Part shown: positions 1 to 14,294 of the stretch, piece after piece
Layout: every line of letters starts with the position of its first letter
Position numbering within the stretch: the stretch's first letter is position 1
Source: Gnetum montanum
Taxonomy: Eukaryota > Plantae > Gnetophyta
Assembly (NCBI GenBank): GCA_015680685.1
Contig: MNCI01000952.1
Coordinates: 1,086,538 to 1,150,537, forward strand
Reading direction: 5' to 3'
Length of the DNA stretch: 64,000 nucleotides
Program-made: the position numbers and the translations under genes
Notes under the pieces: generated by a model
What the model was told of the DNA's origin: nothing
What the model saw: only the letters and a program-made list of their open reading frames with translations
Databases searched by the model: none

Positions 1-700
1 AAATTGATCTAGGTAGGGCCTCATGACACTATTCATAAGATGCATGAACATCGTAGGAGCATTAAGGAATCCAAATGGCAACACCAAGAACTCATAATGC
101 CCATACTATATTCTAAAGGCTATCTTGGGAACAACCTTCTCCTTGATGCCAACCTGGTGGTACCTTGACTTCAAATAAATCTTAGAGAACACTCGAGCTT
201 TCCTCAATTGATCAAATAAATTGTATATGCATGGCAAAGGATACTTCTTCTTCATTGTCACTGGGATCAATTACTGGTAATCAGTGCATAGTTTCATACC
301 ACCATCCTTCTTCTTCACAAAGAGGATAGGAGCACCCTAGGAAAACGCACATGGATGAATTTGGTCCCTATCAAGCAACTCTTGAAGCTAAATCTTCAAT
401 TTTGCTAACTAAATAGGGGACACCCTATGTGGAACCTTAGAGATAGGTTCAGTGCCAAGTTTGAGAGTAATCTCAAACTCAACGTCACACTTTGGAGGTA
501 AAGTAAATAACTTAGAACAAAAGACATAAAAAAACTCACGAACAATCGGAACTTGATCAAGCTTTTGTGACAATGAAAGGTCACAAGTCGAAATAGCAAA
601 GCAAAAATGACCTTTCCTCAACAAGTAGTGAATTTTTTTTGAAAAAACAAGATCTAACTTGACCTTGTGTGATCTAGTATTCACAATGATCTGAACACCA
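1..700 (-). mobile_element. Degenerate Ty3/Gypsy (chromovirus-like) pol fragment: RT N-terminal region
   Basis: Minus-strand translation gives [53 protein letters not shown] and [25 protein letters not shown], which are typical chromovirus RT motifs. It has stops and runs off the left edge. Confidence 0.9.
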
Positions 701-1244
701 TCATCTTGGGTTCTCACTTAGGCTAGTGCTTGCAACAACAATTATCAAGCTTGTTTGAAGGCAACATCGTACAAAGTCTTGGGTAACACCTCTAGCACTA
801 GTATGTATAGGGAATGTTGGAAGTGATGTCTTAGGTGACACTTCACATTCTAGGAGAGGTGATGTCTTGGGTGATGCCTGTAGCATCGTTATGTTTAGGG
901 AATGTTGGAAGTGATATCCTAGGTGACGCTTGATGGTCTAATTAAGATTAAAAATAAATCTATGCACATGGTAATTTGATATTTGGTTTAGATACATGTT
1001 AGTTTTGGCTTTTGGCAAGTACACATGAAAACATAAGATACATTTGACATTGAGTGTAGTGCATAATAGCCTCCTTGTTTATGGTGACAGTTGGAGTGGA
1101 CAAACCTTGGTTTTGGCATTGTATGATGAATGGATGTTATGGATATGCATTTGTATGTTTGTCTAGATGTTTTGGTGGTTCACTAGTCTTTTACAGGTCA
1201 ACTATGCTCCTCCTAATCACCATGAGATTTGTCCATTCTGCAAC

Positions 1245-1355
1245 TCGAGATATTGCCAAGATTTCCCATGAGATCTATCCATTTGATGATTGAAGATGTT
1301 GCCAAGATTCCCCATGAGATCTATCCATTCACCAATTGGAGATGTTGCCAAGGTT
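1245..1355. repeat. Short tandem repeat (~44-bp unit, 2-3 copies)
   Basis: gagatattgccaagatttcccatgagatctatccatt is repeated with variants. A second short repeat, gggaatgttggaagtgat, lies at ~810 and ~898. Confidence 0.7.
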
Positions 1356-2239
1356 TCTCACTCAATTCTATAGTGATAACCTATTTTATTTTCAAGTTGA
1401 TTAGTTTGAAAAAATTTTATTTTCAAGTTGATCAATTTGAGAAAGGGATGGACCTCTTGTAATATTTATCATGTTGATATGAGGTTGATGTTATTATGTC
1501 TCAGAACTTTAGATAGTGTGTTGGCATTTTCTGTATTGAATTAAACATTAATTCTTTTTTCCGTTTAAGGATTTATGAATCATGGATCACGGTTTAGATT
1601 TGTGATGTTATATCATTCATACATGCTATGAGATTCAATTTTGCAATTTATGTTACTCTATTTATTTTTTGGCAGTTTCATATTTACATGATTTTATATT
1701 CATATATTTCTTTCTTCCTTGAAAAAATGCAAAAGATGAATCAAGTGATTAATCTAACAATTGTCAAAAAAGAAAAAAAGAAAAAAAAGAAAGAGTGCAA
1801 TTGCTATATCTTATGATAGTAATGAATATTAATTACCATATTGATGTTGTTATTGAGCTACATTTTTAACCATATTCCCATTTTGTAGTTTTCCTTATCT
1901 TTACGCAAATTTTCTTTACCCACTGCAATTTGCCTCCATGAGTAAAATTTATTTTAAATTTTTTCAACCCAAAAAGAGAAGTTAACGAGAAGCATTAAGT
2001 ATGCCCAAAGAAGTTGTTATCCAAAGTAAACACGATGATAATTGTCATGGAAATCTAATCCACCCGTCCGTGGGAATTAATTACTTTGACTTTGGAACTA
2101 CAGTGCCAAATGTCATGCATTCGGGAAGATAACAGTACTGTTTATGGCTATGGCTGCAAAAACTGCTGCAGAACAACATCGCGATGGAACGAGAACAGTT
2201 TCCTAGATGATAGGTAACCATCAAGATACCAAGAAGATT

Positions 2240-3853
2240 CTATGCGGTGGAACTGAAACTGGAGTCACAGTCGACGACAAAACGATACTTGACATCTCCT
2301 TTGATCAACCTTTCCATGGCAGTGTTAACATAAGTCATCGAAATCTTTTCAATCAGGCATGTTATGTTATGCTTCCCGCAAAAATCCAGCATCTCCTGCG
2401 TTTCCTTAATCCCTCCAATGAGGCTTCCTCCCACTGTTTTACGCCCTGCAGCAGAAAACAGAGAATATATTTGGCACGCACTCAAAATAAAACCCACAAA
2501 ATTGTTACCGGCTTCATAACCGGAACCAGAAAAACAGAAGCGTTGGTTTTCCTCACCGAATATCAGAGACGTGGCAGGAAGTTCCAGCGGCTTTGTAGGA
2601 AGACCCACGACCACGAGCTTGCCATCGGCCTTGAGAAGCTTCAAAAGAGGCTCAAAAGGATGATCTGCTGACACCGTGTCCACAATGTAATCCAAAGACA
2701 TGCTCGCATTTTGCATCTGAGTTGGGTCTTTGCTGATGAGGAAATCATCCGCCCCCAAAATCTGCTTGGCTTCCTTCTCCTTCTCGGGCGAAGTGCTGAT
2801 CACGGTCACATGCAGTCCAAATGCCTTGCCGAATTTCACGGCCATGTGACCAAGCCCACCCAGACCCACAATACCGAACTTCTTTCCGGGCTCCGTCATT
2901 CCGAAATACTTCATGGGACTGTATACTGTTATTCCTGCACAGAGCAAAGGTGCTGCTTCGTCCAAAGGCAGATTTTCTGGAACCTTCACCACAAATCTGT
3001 ACACAAAATCGTTTGTAAGGCCATGCGATCGTCTGACAATTTGCTCCAACTTCAAGCTTGTATGTTTGTATTTTCTTATGAACACTGAGAGGTACTTTTA
3101 TATTTTCTTAAGAACACTGCGAAGTACTGTAAAAACATACTTGTAGTTGCAGACCATAAGGTTGGAGTAACCACCGTAAGTGATAGAACCATCGGTATCG
3201 GTGCTGCCATACGTCCACACAAGTTTTGGGCAAAACTGTTCCAGTCCCTTTCCGCATGCATCGCATTGTCCACAGCTGTTCACCAGGCATCCCACTCCCA
3301 CTGTGTCTCCCACACACAAACTTTTAACGCCTGACCCCACTTCTTGCACGATCCCAACAATCTCGTGCCTGCATTTCCGTAACAGGATTTCAAGATAAGT
3401 GAGGAAAATGAAACCGTACTGAAGATTTGGCGAAATAGGACAGAAGAACAGCCAAGTGCTTACCCGGGAACCATGGGGTATTTGCTTCCTCCCCAATCGT
3501 TCCTGATTTGATGAAGGTCCGAATGGCAGATGCCGCAGTAAAGGACTTTGAACACCACGTCTTCTGCTCCAGTTTTCCTGAACCAAAACTACAAGATTCG
3601 TTAAAGATACCGATTTTCAGAGTGTAACCCTAAGCATATGGAAGTAACAGAGTAACAGGAAAACAGCGAAACCAAGAGATGCATTACTTGGGCTTACAAA
3701 GAAGAAGGTGCTTAAAAATAGTTAATGCAATAAGGTTTTAAACAAGAAAAAAAGGAACCTGCGAGTGAAAGGAAAAGGGGAAAGGACTCCTGAGGGATCT
3801 CGAGCAGCCCATCCCTGCACCTCAAACCTTCCCTGACCCTCACCCTTGGTCAT
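2240..3853 (-). CDS. CAD: Cinnamyl alcohol dehydrogenase family protein (zinc-dependent MDR), intact, 360 aa. Exons: 3853-3759, 3577-3464, 3368-3141, 2996-2557, 2445-2240
   Basis: GT-AG introns and exon sizes 95/114/228/440/206 (total 1083 nt) match the canonical CAD layout. Motifs: CGICHSD, GHEIVG (catalytic Zn), [15 protein letters not shown] (structural Zn), GLGGLG (NADPH binding), DVKYRFVVD. Confidence 0.96.
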
Positions 3854-3959
3854 TTTTAATTCTCCGACACTGCAAAAGGGTAAATAAAAAACTCTGCTAC
3901 AGCCCAAACGAACACGAATTATGCGAGAAAGAATCACAGAAGCTCATGTAATAACATCG

Positions 3960-3967
3960 TTATATAG
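3960..3967 (-). promoter_or_regulatory. Putative TATA box of CAD copy 1
   Basis: CTATATAA on the minus strand, about 107 bp upstream of the ATG. Confidence 0.45.
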
Positions 3968-6900
3968 ACAAAATGCATGAAGGGCATTTGCGTTAAACAA
4001 TCCAACACTTCATCATGGTACTAATTTCCACAGATGGACGACGAAGATCTGCAATAGACCATCTAGCACGGCATTATAGTACGCATTTTTACAAGCACCC
4101 AGGTCACGATTTTGAGTAAGCATTGCACCGATCTCCAAGAAAAAATCAAGTCTCGTACGCAACTACACGGACGGTGTTTAATCCAATGGTATTCAGCCAC
4201 AGTGAACGCCCGTACGTTCATCAATCAGGTACTGTATCATGCGTTGGCACGGGGCTGCTTTTCCACGCTGCGATTGTACTGCCGCTGATTGAGATAGGTT
4301 TTCCAAGCGGATATTTGGAAATATTCCAAGTCCCAATCAACCTGTATTCTCAGCGACAACGAAGAGGTCCTTGGTCTGCGATACAGACTGACAGAATCTG
4401 AACGATCTGCACGCGGACGGCTATAAAAACGGCTTTCACATCTACGTAACTTCTTTCCTACCTGATGTGTGGGCAAGTCACCTTCTTTCTTTGGACGTTT
4501 CCAAATTTTGTCACTGTGATTTTTAAATACGTCTCAGTACTGGAGTTTATGCGAGAGAGAACCTTTTCTGACCAGGTGTTTGTGCATTTTGCTGGGTGGC
4601 AGTGCAGGTACTTGAATAGACCAGGCATGAAACTGACATCGGCCAGACATGTCAGGCCAAAGTGATATCTGTTCTGTTTTAGGCCATAAACAACCTATGC
4701 AAGTGAAATTAGAAACGCTGTTATACATCACCATCTACCTCTTGCCGTGCCCATCCGCGCATTTCCATCCATGATGCGCATCCCTTCTTTTCATGCCCAA
4801 ATCCGATGACAGAGCAAACGTGAAAACCACAGCCGTTCCCCCACTGTAGCAGCGCCGGACCGAGACTCGACACCCGTTTGCCTTTTGTTCGCAGCAGCCA
4901 CGATGGACATTGACACTGGTTTTCTCCTTTCAAGCCCTAACAGCGGGCGCCCAGACTCTCCTCCTGAGGACTCCGTGTTGTCGGCCTGGGCCCAAATCCA
5001 CTCCTCCTTGCACTTGCGTCCCACTAAGTGTTGAAAATTAAATTTCAATTTGTTGAATACTACTTTGCTATTGGTGCAACTGATATTTTACGCCACGATT
5101 CACCATTCTTTGTGATGTTTTGTATTTCCTTGTTTTGTGTTGTGATGTCTTGCATTTCCTTGTTTTGTGTGGTGAGAAAATCCATTTTCGCTGTTGTTTG
5201 GAATACCAATGCGAGCCAATGTGACAGGTAGGTGGGAAAATAGTTTAATGCAACTGCATGCCAGTTGCAGCTCCAGCATTTGAAATATAGCAGTGTGAAA
5301 CCCTGTGACATCGTAGTTACCATTTCAACCGTTCAATGTTATGCGGCACGTAGCCCATCGCACTTATAGATTTCAGAGGTGCAACCGCTTGCACGAAGCA
5401 CCTTCAACAAAATTTAGTTGTGCGATACGCATGCAAGCACAGGTTGTGAGGACATGCAGATCACCTGTTCTCGCAGGTTATTGTAAAAATTATCATGCGA
5501 GGACATGCAGGTCGTAGGTTCTCATGGTGGGTGGAAAAAGTATTTGACAATGCAAGTCGTAGGTTATCGCATTTCGCAATGTTAGTTGCAAACATAATTC
5601 TCCATTAATATTATTTATGTTATCATTGTTTGATGTTTAATTGATTATGATGGGTTAGTAAATATTATCAATGCTAAGATCATATTCCATTTATATTAAT
5701 TTCATTGCAGAATTAGCAGAGAAGGCTATTATTGTGATTACATTTTCTTCATCATTGAGGGATATTGTTGAAGTTGTGTTTGAACATGGAGCTTGTGAAA
5801 ATGATGGGGATTAGCAAAGGGATCTTTTGCATGAGTACTTGTTTTGCTTTATATGAAATGATCTCAGAATTGATATTCGCTTTATTTTGCAGTAACATTT
5901 TATTTATTTACATGAATTGCAGCTATTGGCATTATCTATGAACGTAATCTGCAAATCTAGACTTGCTAAAAATGTTTGTTCTTTCCCAAAAATTAAAGAA
6001 AATCGGAGTTTATCAATGAATGACAATGGATGGAAGTTATGACAAAAATATTGTTTATAGCTTTTATAAATGATTGATTGATAGTGTGTCCATTGCGGAA
6101 GTACTTTACTGTAAGGACAAAATTTCACCTTCAATGTTCATAACATTACAAATGTTATACAAGTTTTGTGTGGTAGAGAGGCTGCTGTTAAGGATCAAAG
6201 GTGGAAGAAAACTGAGATTTATCTAATCCAGTGTGCCCAAAAATTTGAGAGGGAAGATGATAATCCTAGTGATTATCCAAAACTATTGTTGCTTTCCAAA
6301 TTTATGCAATGGCCTTTATTTCTAGTGAAAGCAACGAAAACGAAGATTTTCGATAATGCAATATTACTCATGTGGGCATTGGAAAACAATGAAAGTGTTT
6401 CATTTGATATTTCGATGACTGTCATGTTTGAGATGAAGAAGCGGCAAGGTTATGGTAGCTACATGATGTGAAAGAGTCCATTGGCTTTCTAATTATAGTG
6501 ACAAAAATATTGGTAAAAAAATATTCATTGTATAGTTACCCAACTAAATGCAATAGTCCTCCTGGATCCTAAAAGTATATTGAAGAGTACATAAGTGTCC
6601 AACAAGGGTGAGACCTCCTATTTTTGAAAGAGCCTAAAAGCCAAATTGTTAATGATAGTTGCCAACATGAAAAATGCTCTCACCAATCTATCGATGATAA
6701 GTTGGAACATGTGATGGAGACATTAAATAATTATTCCCAAATTAATTTATCATTTTGGAGTGCTCTAGAGGAGTTGAAATTAGATAGGTCACATTTGATA
6801 AAATAAAATATGCAATTGAAGGCCAAAATTAAGAGTTATGCAACTGAATAAAACAATTTTAACCAGAAGTTGCTTGCTAAGATTGAAAAAATGGCAAAGC

Positions 6901-7265
6901 AAATATTCACATTGAATAAAGAAATTATGTCATTAAAAAATGTTGCAATCAACATTTTTGATAGCAGAGACATTTATGCCGAGGGGGTTAATACTATCAG
7001 AGGTTTGTGCCATGTTATAAAACCTTGTAGTTTTAATACATTGTTCATATCTTTTATAAATTCTAATGGTCTTTGTATTGTACATGTGTTGAACAAAAAT
7101 GACTAGTATGCTAGCAACAAAAGTTGCCAGAAGATTATTTGATTCAGTTAAAGGAAACATCAAAGTAGGATCTGAACAAGATAATCCAAATGAAGAAACA
7201 TGTACATAGACTTTTTTGGACAACTTGTTTATGTATGTTGACATCCATCTTATGAATGTTCACAT

Positions 7266-8267
7266 GTAGGTGATGTAGACTTTAACAGTCCCATCGATCA
7301 ACCTTCTGGTACACTTTAGATAGTGAAGGCTGTTGAATTCATCACCCTGATTGGTCAATCATGTGCAACAGTTGATAGAGTGATGCAGTTGCTTGTCATA
7401 GGCAGTTTAGATAGTGAAGTGATTGTTATGTCACCATTTTCCCCATTCGTTACCATAAGAATGTCTTTCAGGTCTATATATCAACTTGGGTGGAAAAAAT
7501 GGCTTGATGATGATGTAATTGATGTGTACATCATGTACCTTAAGCAAATTTAGAAAGCTAATGTTGATTGTCAAGCATCAGTAAAATATTTTATATTTAA
7601 TACTATGTTTCAAGCGTTTGCAAAGTCCCTGGAGAGTCAGATGCAACATAGCCAAAAGAACCCATTGGGACATAAAGCAATGAAGCCCACAAAAAGACAT
7701 GTGATCAATGCTGAAAGCAATACATCAGTTGAAGAAGAGCTTGATGTGTTCACAATAGAGAAGGACTTTACTAAAGATGTGAAAACCAAAATTTACCAAG
7801 ATGAATTTATTGAACTGGGATAGTGATTATTTTGCACCCCATTTAATATTGGCTATCATTGGGTGCTTGTGGTCATAGACACATGTATCAAGAAAATGTA
7901 TGTGTATGATTCATTACCTTCTTCCCAACATGTAGTTGTTGTTTAAAAGTTAATGTCAAGGTTTTTTGCATTTTTATTGAAAGGTGATTCTTCAATTCCT
8001 GAGAGCACAATTGAGGTGAAGGGAAAGCAAAAGAAGTTATCATCAAAGTGGAGTCAAGTGGTTGTGCAAGGCATTCCTTCACAAGAAAATGGATATGATT
8101 GTGGTATGTATACAATATTATTCATGCACAATTTAGTATTTGGAAAAGAGATAAAATTCAATAGCAATTTTGTTTCCATGTATCGAAATACCATAATATG
8201 GGAAGTTCTTAGTTGTTCAATGTTTGACCAATCATGGTCAAAAATGTGTGTAGCCTCTTATCTGTGA
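7266..8267 (+). pseudogene. Transposon-borne Ulp1-like cysteine protease (Peptidase C48), degenerate. Upstream exons probably extend to ~5700
   Basis: WLDDDVIDVYIMYL, PFNIGYHWVLVVID..YVYDSL and QENGYDCGMY give the His-Asp-Cys triad with the Q-x4-DCG signature. It has internal stops and a frameshift. Confidence 0.88.
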
Positions 8268-9572
8268 GGATTGTAGTGAGCATGGATTGTATCTTGGTTT
8301 TGATGTAAAATAAATTTGATGATGTAAATGCCTTTTTGCCATCTTTAATGAAAGGAAAATTTTTTGTACATGTGAGAACAATGTATTTATACCATGGTTA
8401 CTGATTGGAAATATATATGGTGTTCATTTGTTTCATATTGTGATTATTATTTTTAAAAATTTTTAAAAGTGAATCTATAATTTGCAAAGTTCAATATGTG
8501 TTCCAAATATTATTTCCATCTCATATCCTCCTACAAGTAGCATAATTTTATTGTATTCATATTTTTGATCAACTACAACTACATGCGTTATGCATCTTAC
8601 TCACACTGCAATCATGCAAGTACATGCAAAATGTGATCACTTGCAGCATGGTTTAAAAGTGTTTGTCCTTCGATCTTAAAATAGTGGGAAACGTTGCGTC
8701 TGGCAGAACATAAGATGTTGCACATCCATGCACCTTGCAGTCCATCACAACATTACAAGAAATAAGTGCAATGCTGTGTGTTTTGCAATTACTTGCTTTT
8801 GTGTGAATCACACCTCCTTGCAATTAGAAATAGAAACCTATTTTCACAGTGCGAGGATGTGCGATATGCAAGATTCCTTAGCCAGCTAATAGCATGGAAA
8901 CGATTTTTCACAGTGCGAGGGGATGCGGCTCACATGTAGACATATTTCATAATAGAAAGCTCTGTTTATCAATGCAAGGAACTGTGATCCGCATGTTTGG
9001 TGAACCAAAAGTAGTAACACCGATATAATGCGACTCGCACATGGTCACAATTCAATGGTTCGTGATTTTTTTTATCTAATGCAAGGGTATGCAAAATGCA
9101 GGACTCATTGGCTGACAGCTAGAGTGCGTCTCACATGTGCTCGCATCTTAGAACAGAAACAAAAGCTTACGAGTGCGTGCAGATGCGGCCCGCATGTCTA
9201 CATAGAACTCATTTACTACGAGTGTATGCGATATGCATGGCATTGTAGTGTGATTAAATTATTATTTTTCTGAATGTAGACCAAATTTTATTAGCTTAAA
9301 TTGACAATTGTTTTCCCAACTATAGAAATGAAGAATGCAATCAATAATTTACTTTTGGCTTCTATGAAATGATTCCTATAGAAAAAATTGAAAAATATGC
9401 AATGTCAAAATGGCTAAACATTTTAAGTTTAAATACCTCGAACCAAAATGTTCTATATAGAAACGAGTCACTATATGACAAAAAAACATGTCCAATAGTC
9501 AAGAAAGAGCTTATCAAGTGTGACAAAAATCATAAAAATGTACATGATAAACAAAATAACAATCAACAATGA

Positions 9573-11010
9573 CTATTTAGTGTCCTCAGCATAGGTGTCC
9601 TCCTCCACTGCTTTTGTGGCTGTTGTATCCATGAAATCCACCTCATTCACTATGTCATCAATTGGCTTAACAGGATTATCTCCTATCTGAGTTGGATCTA
9701 ATGTGACAAACTTTACCATGGGCTCTAATGTGGTCATGCTCATCAACTCTGGATCAAGAATGTCATTCACCAACTTCCCTAAACCATTGTCTGTATGCAC
9801 TGCCCTTAACTACTAAAACGTATACTTGGCTACAATCTCATAGTTGATGGTGAGGCGGGTATGTCTCCTCTCCACGTGGCCAAAATGTTGATGCATTTGA
9901 GACTCAAATGCAGTAATCCTCATAACAAGATCATCAATGCGTGTGTTCATCCTGGCCTCCATTGCCTCCAAGTATTGAAAAATTGTAGCCCCATCTCCAA
10001 ACTATTGCTGATGCAGACACAGATAGCATGGGTTTGATCACCCTCATCATAGAACTCGTTCCATTTAGCCTTACCACCATCCCTTGGCACCTGAGGATAA
10101 GGGAGCCATACCAAATCATTGAAATGAGTCCTCGAGACTTGTTGAGTATATAATGCATAGCACAAATGAGGCAACTAATCCTCACTAAACATTGACACCT
10201 CCTTCACATCATGATTAGGTGCTGGAATATGCTAGTGCCTAAAGAGAGTTGATGCGACTAACGGAAATGGAATTATTACTACATCCTTAGTTAGGACTTG
10301 CATTCTGCTCATTAACATGTGGGGGTAGTTGAGGGAACAATATCCCTCCAAATCAAAGCAAGATGATCAATGCAAAGAACATGACATACGTGTGATGAGT
10401 CATAGCAAGGAGGTTCGTGTGAATAGCCCTCACAAGAACTCTCTGTTTAGGGGAGAAGTTCTTGTAAGGCCAACCTGTCTCATCTAACTCCACCTCAGGA
10501 ATCATGGAAAGTAATTACATTTTTTTATTTGTGGTTGTCGTAGCAAAAAATTCTCTACATGCACCAATGACCATTTGAAGTGTGTCCACTAGGATGTCCT
10601 TTGTCAATAGATACCTAGAATCACTAATGCATATGACCGTAGATGATCCTACACCTTGAATATGGGAGGCGTAGAAGTGACATGCCTCCTCTTCATAATA
10701 TTTGAGCCCACCATCCATAGTGAAGCTAAGGTGATGCTCAATGAGCTTGGCATGCATATCTAGCCACACTAGCCACAGTAATGAATTCAAGTTCTTAGGA
10801 CTTCGTATTAGGGCTATTCTAAACTACACCTCCCTACACTAATGCTCCTCCTATGCATGTCTCTCCTAGGCATGGTGAATCTTATCATGCTCTCTTCAAG
10901 CATCTTTGGCAATAGCTTGGAAGTAAACTTGCTGTTGCTCCTGGGTATGCCTCCTGCCCTCTTGCCCTTGTAGTTTGCTGGACTTTATTCAATTGGTTGG
11001 TTGTGTACTA
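9573..11010 (-). pseudogene. Degenerate accessory transposon ORF of the 'putative plant transposon protein' (Transposase_32/ATHILA-ORF-like) type
   Basis: YYEEEACHFYAS...YLLTKDILVDTLQM and, after a frameshift, LNYPHMLMSRM...IPFPLVASTLFRH. These resemble the family pattern Y.ELV.EFYAN / N.P.LI...M / LPFP.LIT.L (recognised by eye). Confidence 0.55.
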
Positions 11011-12223
11011 CCTCTCTTTGAAGATAAAATGTAAAGCATAAAAAATAGAAATACTTAAAAATCATTTAAGGAACTAGTAATAATCTAAGCTAAGTTGCTA
11101 GCTTAGCCATTGCCATATGTTTAATGCTCAAAATAAATAATTGTAAATGAAAAAAATGCATATATGTCTAACTTGTTTTTTGAACATTAACTGAACTATT
11201 TACAAATTATGTTTTCTGAACATTAACTAAACTATTTACAACCACTAACCAATTAACATATATGTATAAATTTTATATTTCTTCAATGTACTTAGTAGCA
11301 CTTACCATCTTTAATTACTCCTACTTAATGAATTAATAGTCTTGGAACAAATTTAACTAGAAAAACCCAAGCTTGCACTCTACGACAAGGTAATTATTTC
11401 CTTTGCATATTAGTTTTAAAGTAAATTGCAAATTGTAGCCACAAGAAAGTTGCCTGAGTCTTTAGATCAACCATCAAGAATTGCATCTGATTATTATACT
11501 CATGATGAGATGCCTAAGTTTTAGAAACACAACAAAAAAGAAGTTTCAAGAAAGAGGTAGAAGCTTGGAGCCTACGAGTTCTTTAAGAAGGTAGACCATT
11601 TGATGTTATGTATGTGGATGAGGAAGAGTCTGTTGTATTTGGAGCAGATGATGAAGATCTTTATAAGTCATTACATATGGCTAGGAAAGTGGCACTAAAA
11701 AAATATAGGTGATCTAGAGTGATTAGGTAGTTAATTGCATCCTTCTACTCTTGTTGCACCCCTTGCCATTCTCATAGGAAAAAAAGTATTATGCATAATT
11801 GGGCATATCAGTCATGCATGTTATTGATTTTGCAATTTTATTGGTAGCTCTCATGCTACTAGTTCTTTTATTTCTTTGTTTGTTCATGGCAATTGGAAAC
11901 ATATATTTTTGTTGTGTATGTTACTTTATGAACCAGTGTGATGTAAGTTAACTATGTACTAGCATCAGTTTCATCAGTTCTATATTGCATCATGCATTGG
12001 TGTATTATTTTAAGTTGACCATTAAATTTTTATGGATGTTAAAATTGATGAAGTAATCCTCATAGGACATAGCTCTAGTAATGTATATATTATTGATAAT
12101 TGTGATTTGAGCAAATATAATTTGAAGTGTTTATTTAGCATATATGAAGACAACTAGTTGTGACATAGAAGAATAGGCCACTTAAACTTTGAAAGCCTAA
12201 GCTTTAAAAAAAAAAAACATTGA

Positions 12224-12620
12224 AGGACTATCCAATATTAATTCCAATAAGGATAGGGCATGTGAAACATGCTAAAAAGATAAGCAAAAATCCATATACT
12301 TTAAGAGAAAAATTTATATTGCTACCAAAATTCTCTTGAATTATTACATCTTAATTTAGTAGGACTCGCTAGGTCATGTAACATAGGAGGCAAAAGATAT
12401 TTCTATATTATTGTTTATGATTACTCAAGGTTCATTTGGGTAATCCTACTAGCTCATAAGGATGAAACATTTCATCACTTTAACAAACTTTACTGCAAAG
12501 TTCAAATAGAAAGGGGCACTTTATCAAGAAGACTAGAAGTGATTGTGAAGGTAAATTTAACATTCTCAGTTTTGTTAAGTGGTGTGATAATGAAGGGATT
12601 AAGCATTAACTCTTTGTTCT
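12224..12620 (+). mobile_element. Ty1/Copia integrase fragment (gag-pre-integrase plus core)
   Basis: KDRACETC*KDKQ, LELLHLNLVG and GGKRYF..IVYDYSRFIWVILLAHKDET. Confidence 0.82.
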
Positions 12621-14294
12621 TGAACATAAGTAATTGTAAGAAAATTGTCCACATCTGAAATCAAACACCGTTTCACACTCTTTTTCCTTCAATATTTTTA
12701 ATCAATTATCTAAGCATATGAAAGTTATGTCATAATGACTAAACTGCTAATTCATGATGACCTACCCTAATGTTGTTTTAAATATCTATGATCATTTTCA
12801 TAAAGAGAGAAATATGCCTTCTATTGCTATCATATCATGAGAAAGAGAAATCGAATGTGGAAGTTGAAATGTTGAGATGGGGTACATCAAAGCATGGAAG
12901 CAAATGCAAGTCAAGGATTGGTTGGATGTTTTTTTCACTAGGCTTAGCATTGTGTAGATTGGTAACTCGTGAAACAAGCCAAATGAAACTCCTAGGACCA
13001 AACAACAAATTATTGTAATTCTTTGAGCCAATAAAAATTATGAAAATAAAGAGGATCAAATTTACTAGCAATATCACCAAGTGTGTATGGGAGTTTTTCT
13101 TTATTTCTAGCAGCTGATTTCATGGATCCTTGATCATTTGGAGTTAAGAAGAATTGGGGATTTGTTATGGTAAGAATGAAATCACTGCCTAGTGGTTGAT
13201 TGGAGATTACTAGTGATTCCTGCCCTAGTGATGAGCAGCAAGGTACCCCTATGTCCAACCATATGAATCACAAGCATTCATGCATGATTCGGTCGAATTC
13301 CATGGATGGGACTAGTTGCAGTATCTAGATTGTTATGCTTTGATCAAAGTTTGCTGTCTTCCCACTTGGACTAGTGGTAGCTTTGTCATGTATGGTTTAG
13401 TCCAAAGTGAGGCATATGATGTTATCTAATTTTACTTTTCTCCTAATGGTGATAAAGAGGTAAACTGATTACGGTAATGAATAATGGAAAACAAGATCTA
13501 AACTAGCTTATGTGCGATGGGTATCTACTCTTAATTGACCATATATGTCTTGGACTTCATTAGACTACTTCTGGGATTACCAAGCATATGTCACTAGTGG
13601 TTGTGCCAAATAATATGCTACTAGATTACCAAGTACTTTCACTTAAATGCTCGTGATTAAGGCGTACACATTTCACTTAATGATAGGAATAGTAAATAAC
13701 AATAAATGAAAATGTTAACTATAGGAAATAGTAAATAATTAATAATTAAAAGAAATAATTTTCTAAGTGGATGTTGCAATGATGGAAGTAATCTCAATCT
13801 TTATTGCCAGTCATGTAACATGTCCAAGTATGTCACACTCAAACAGAGATGCCGTATGATTACAGACATCACACTGCGAGCATGCACTAAGAATAATAGA
13901 ACTTTAGAAAAGACTATAAAAAACTAAAAATTGAAAACTATCTTCTCTACTACCTATTACTTCCTCAACTAGGCACTTAAGTGCTATATTTATAGGCTAG
14001 CATAGAGGAGACAACATTGAATATTCGACATTGCATCCTAGCCCCAACATCGGGGCTTTGACATCGAGTATCTGATGTTGAGGCTTGGCAAACCATGACT
14101 CATCATATCCCCATGACTGAATGAAAACTCATCCTTAAGTTAAACAAAATGAGGAACAAGTTTTGTACAAAATATTAAGAAGGTATGGGATTATTGACTA
14201 ACTTGAACAATAAACAAAACAATTGACTCTTGCATGCTGCAGTGGTATGATACAAAAAATAGGACACATTATTACAAAACAAAAACTAGGAAGC

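Noticed and set aside
2207-3398. Plus-strand ORFs overlapping CAD copy 1 (and similarly CAD copy 2)
   Set aside because: These are antisense shadows of the GC-richer coding exons with no recognisable motifs.
4635-4666. Short similarity to 37200-37222 (agacatgtca.gccaaa.tga) as a possible MULE end
   Set aside because: It is in direct rather than inverted orientation, very short, and has no TSD, so it cannot define element ends.
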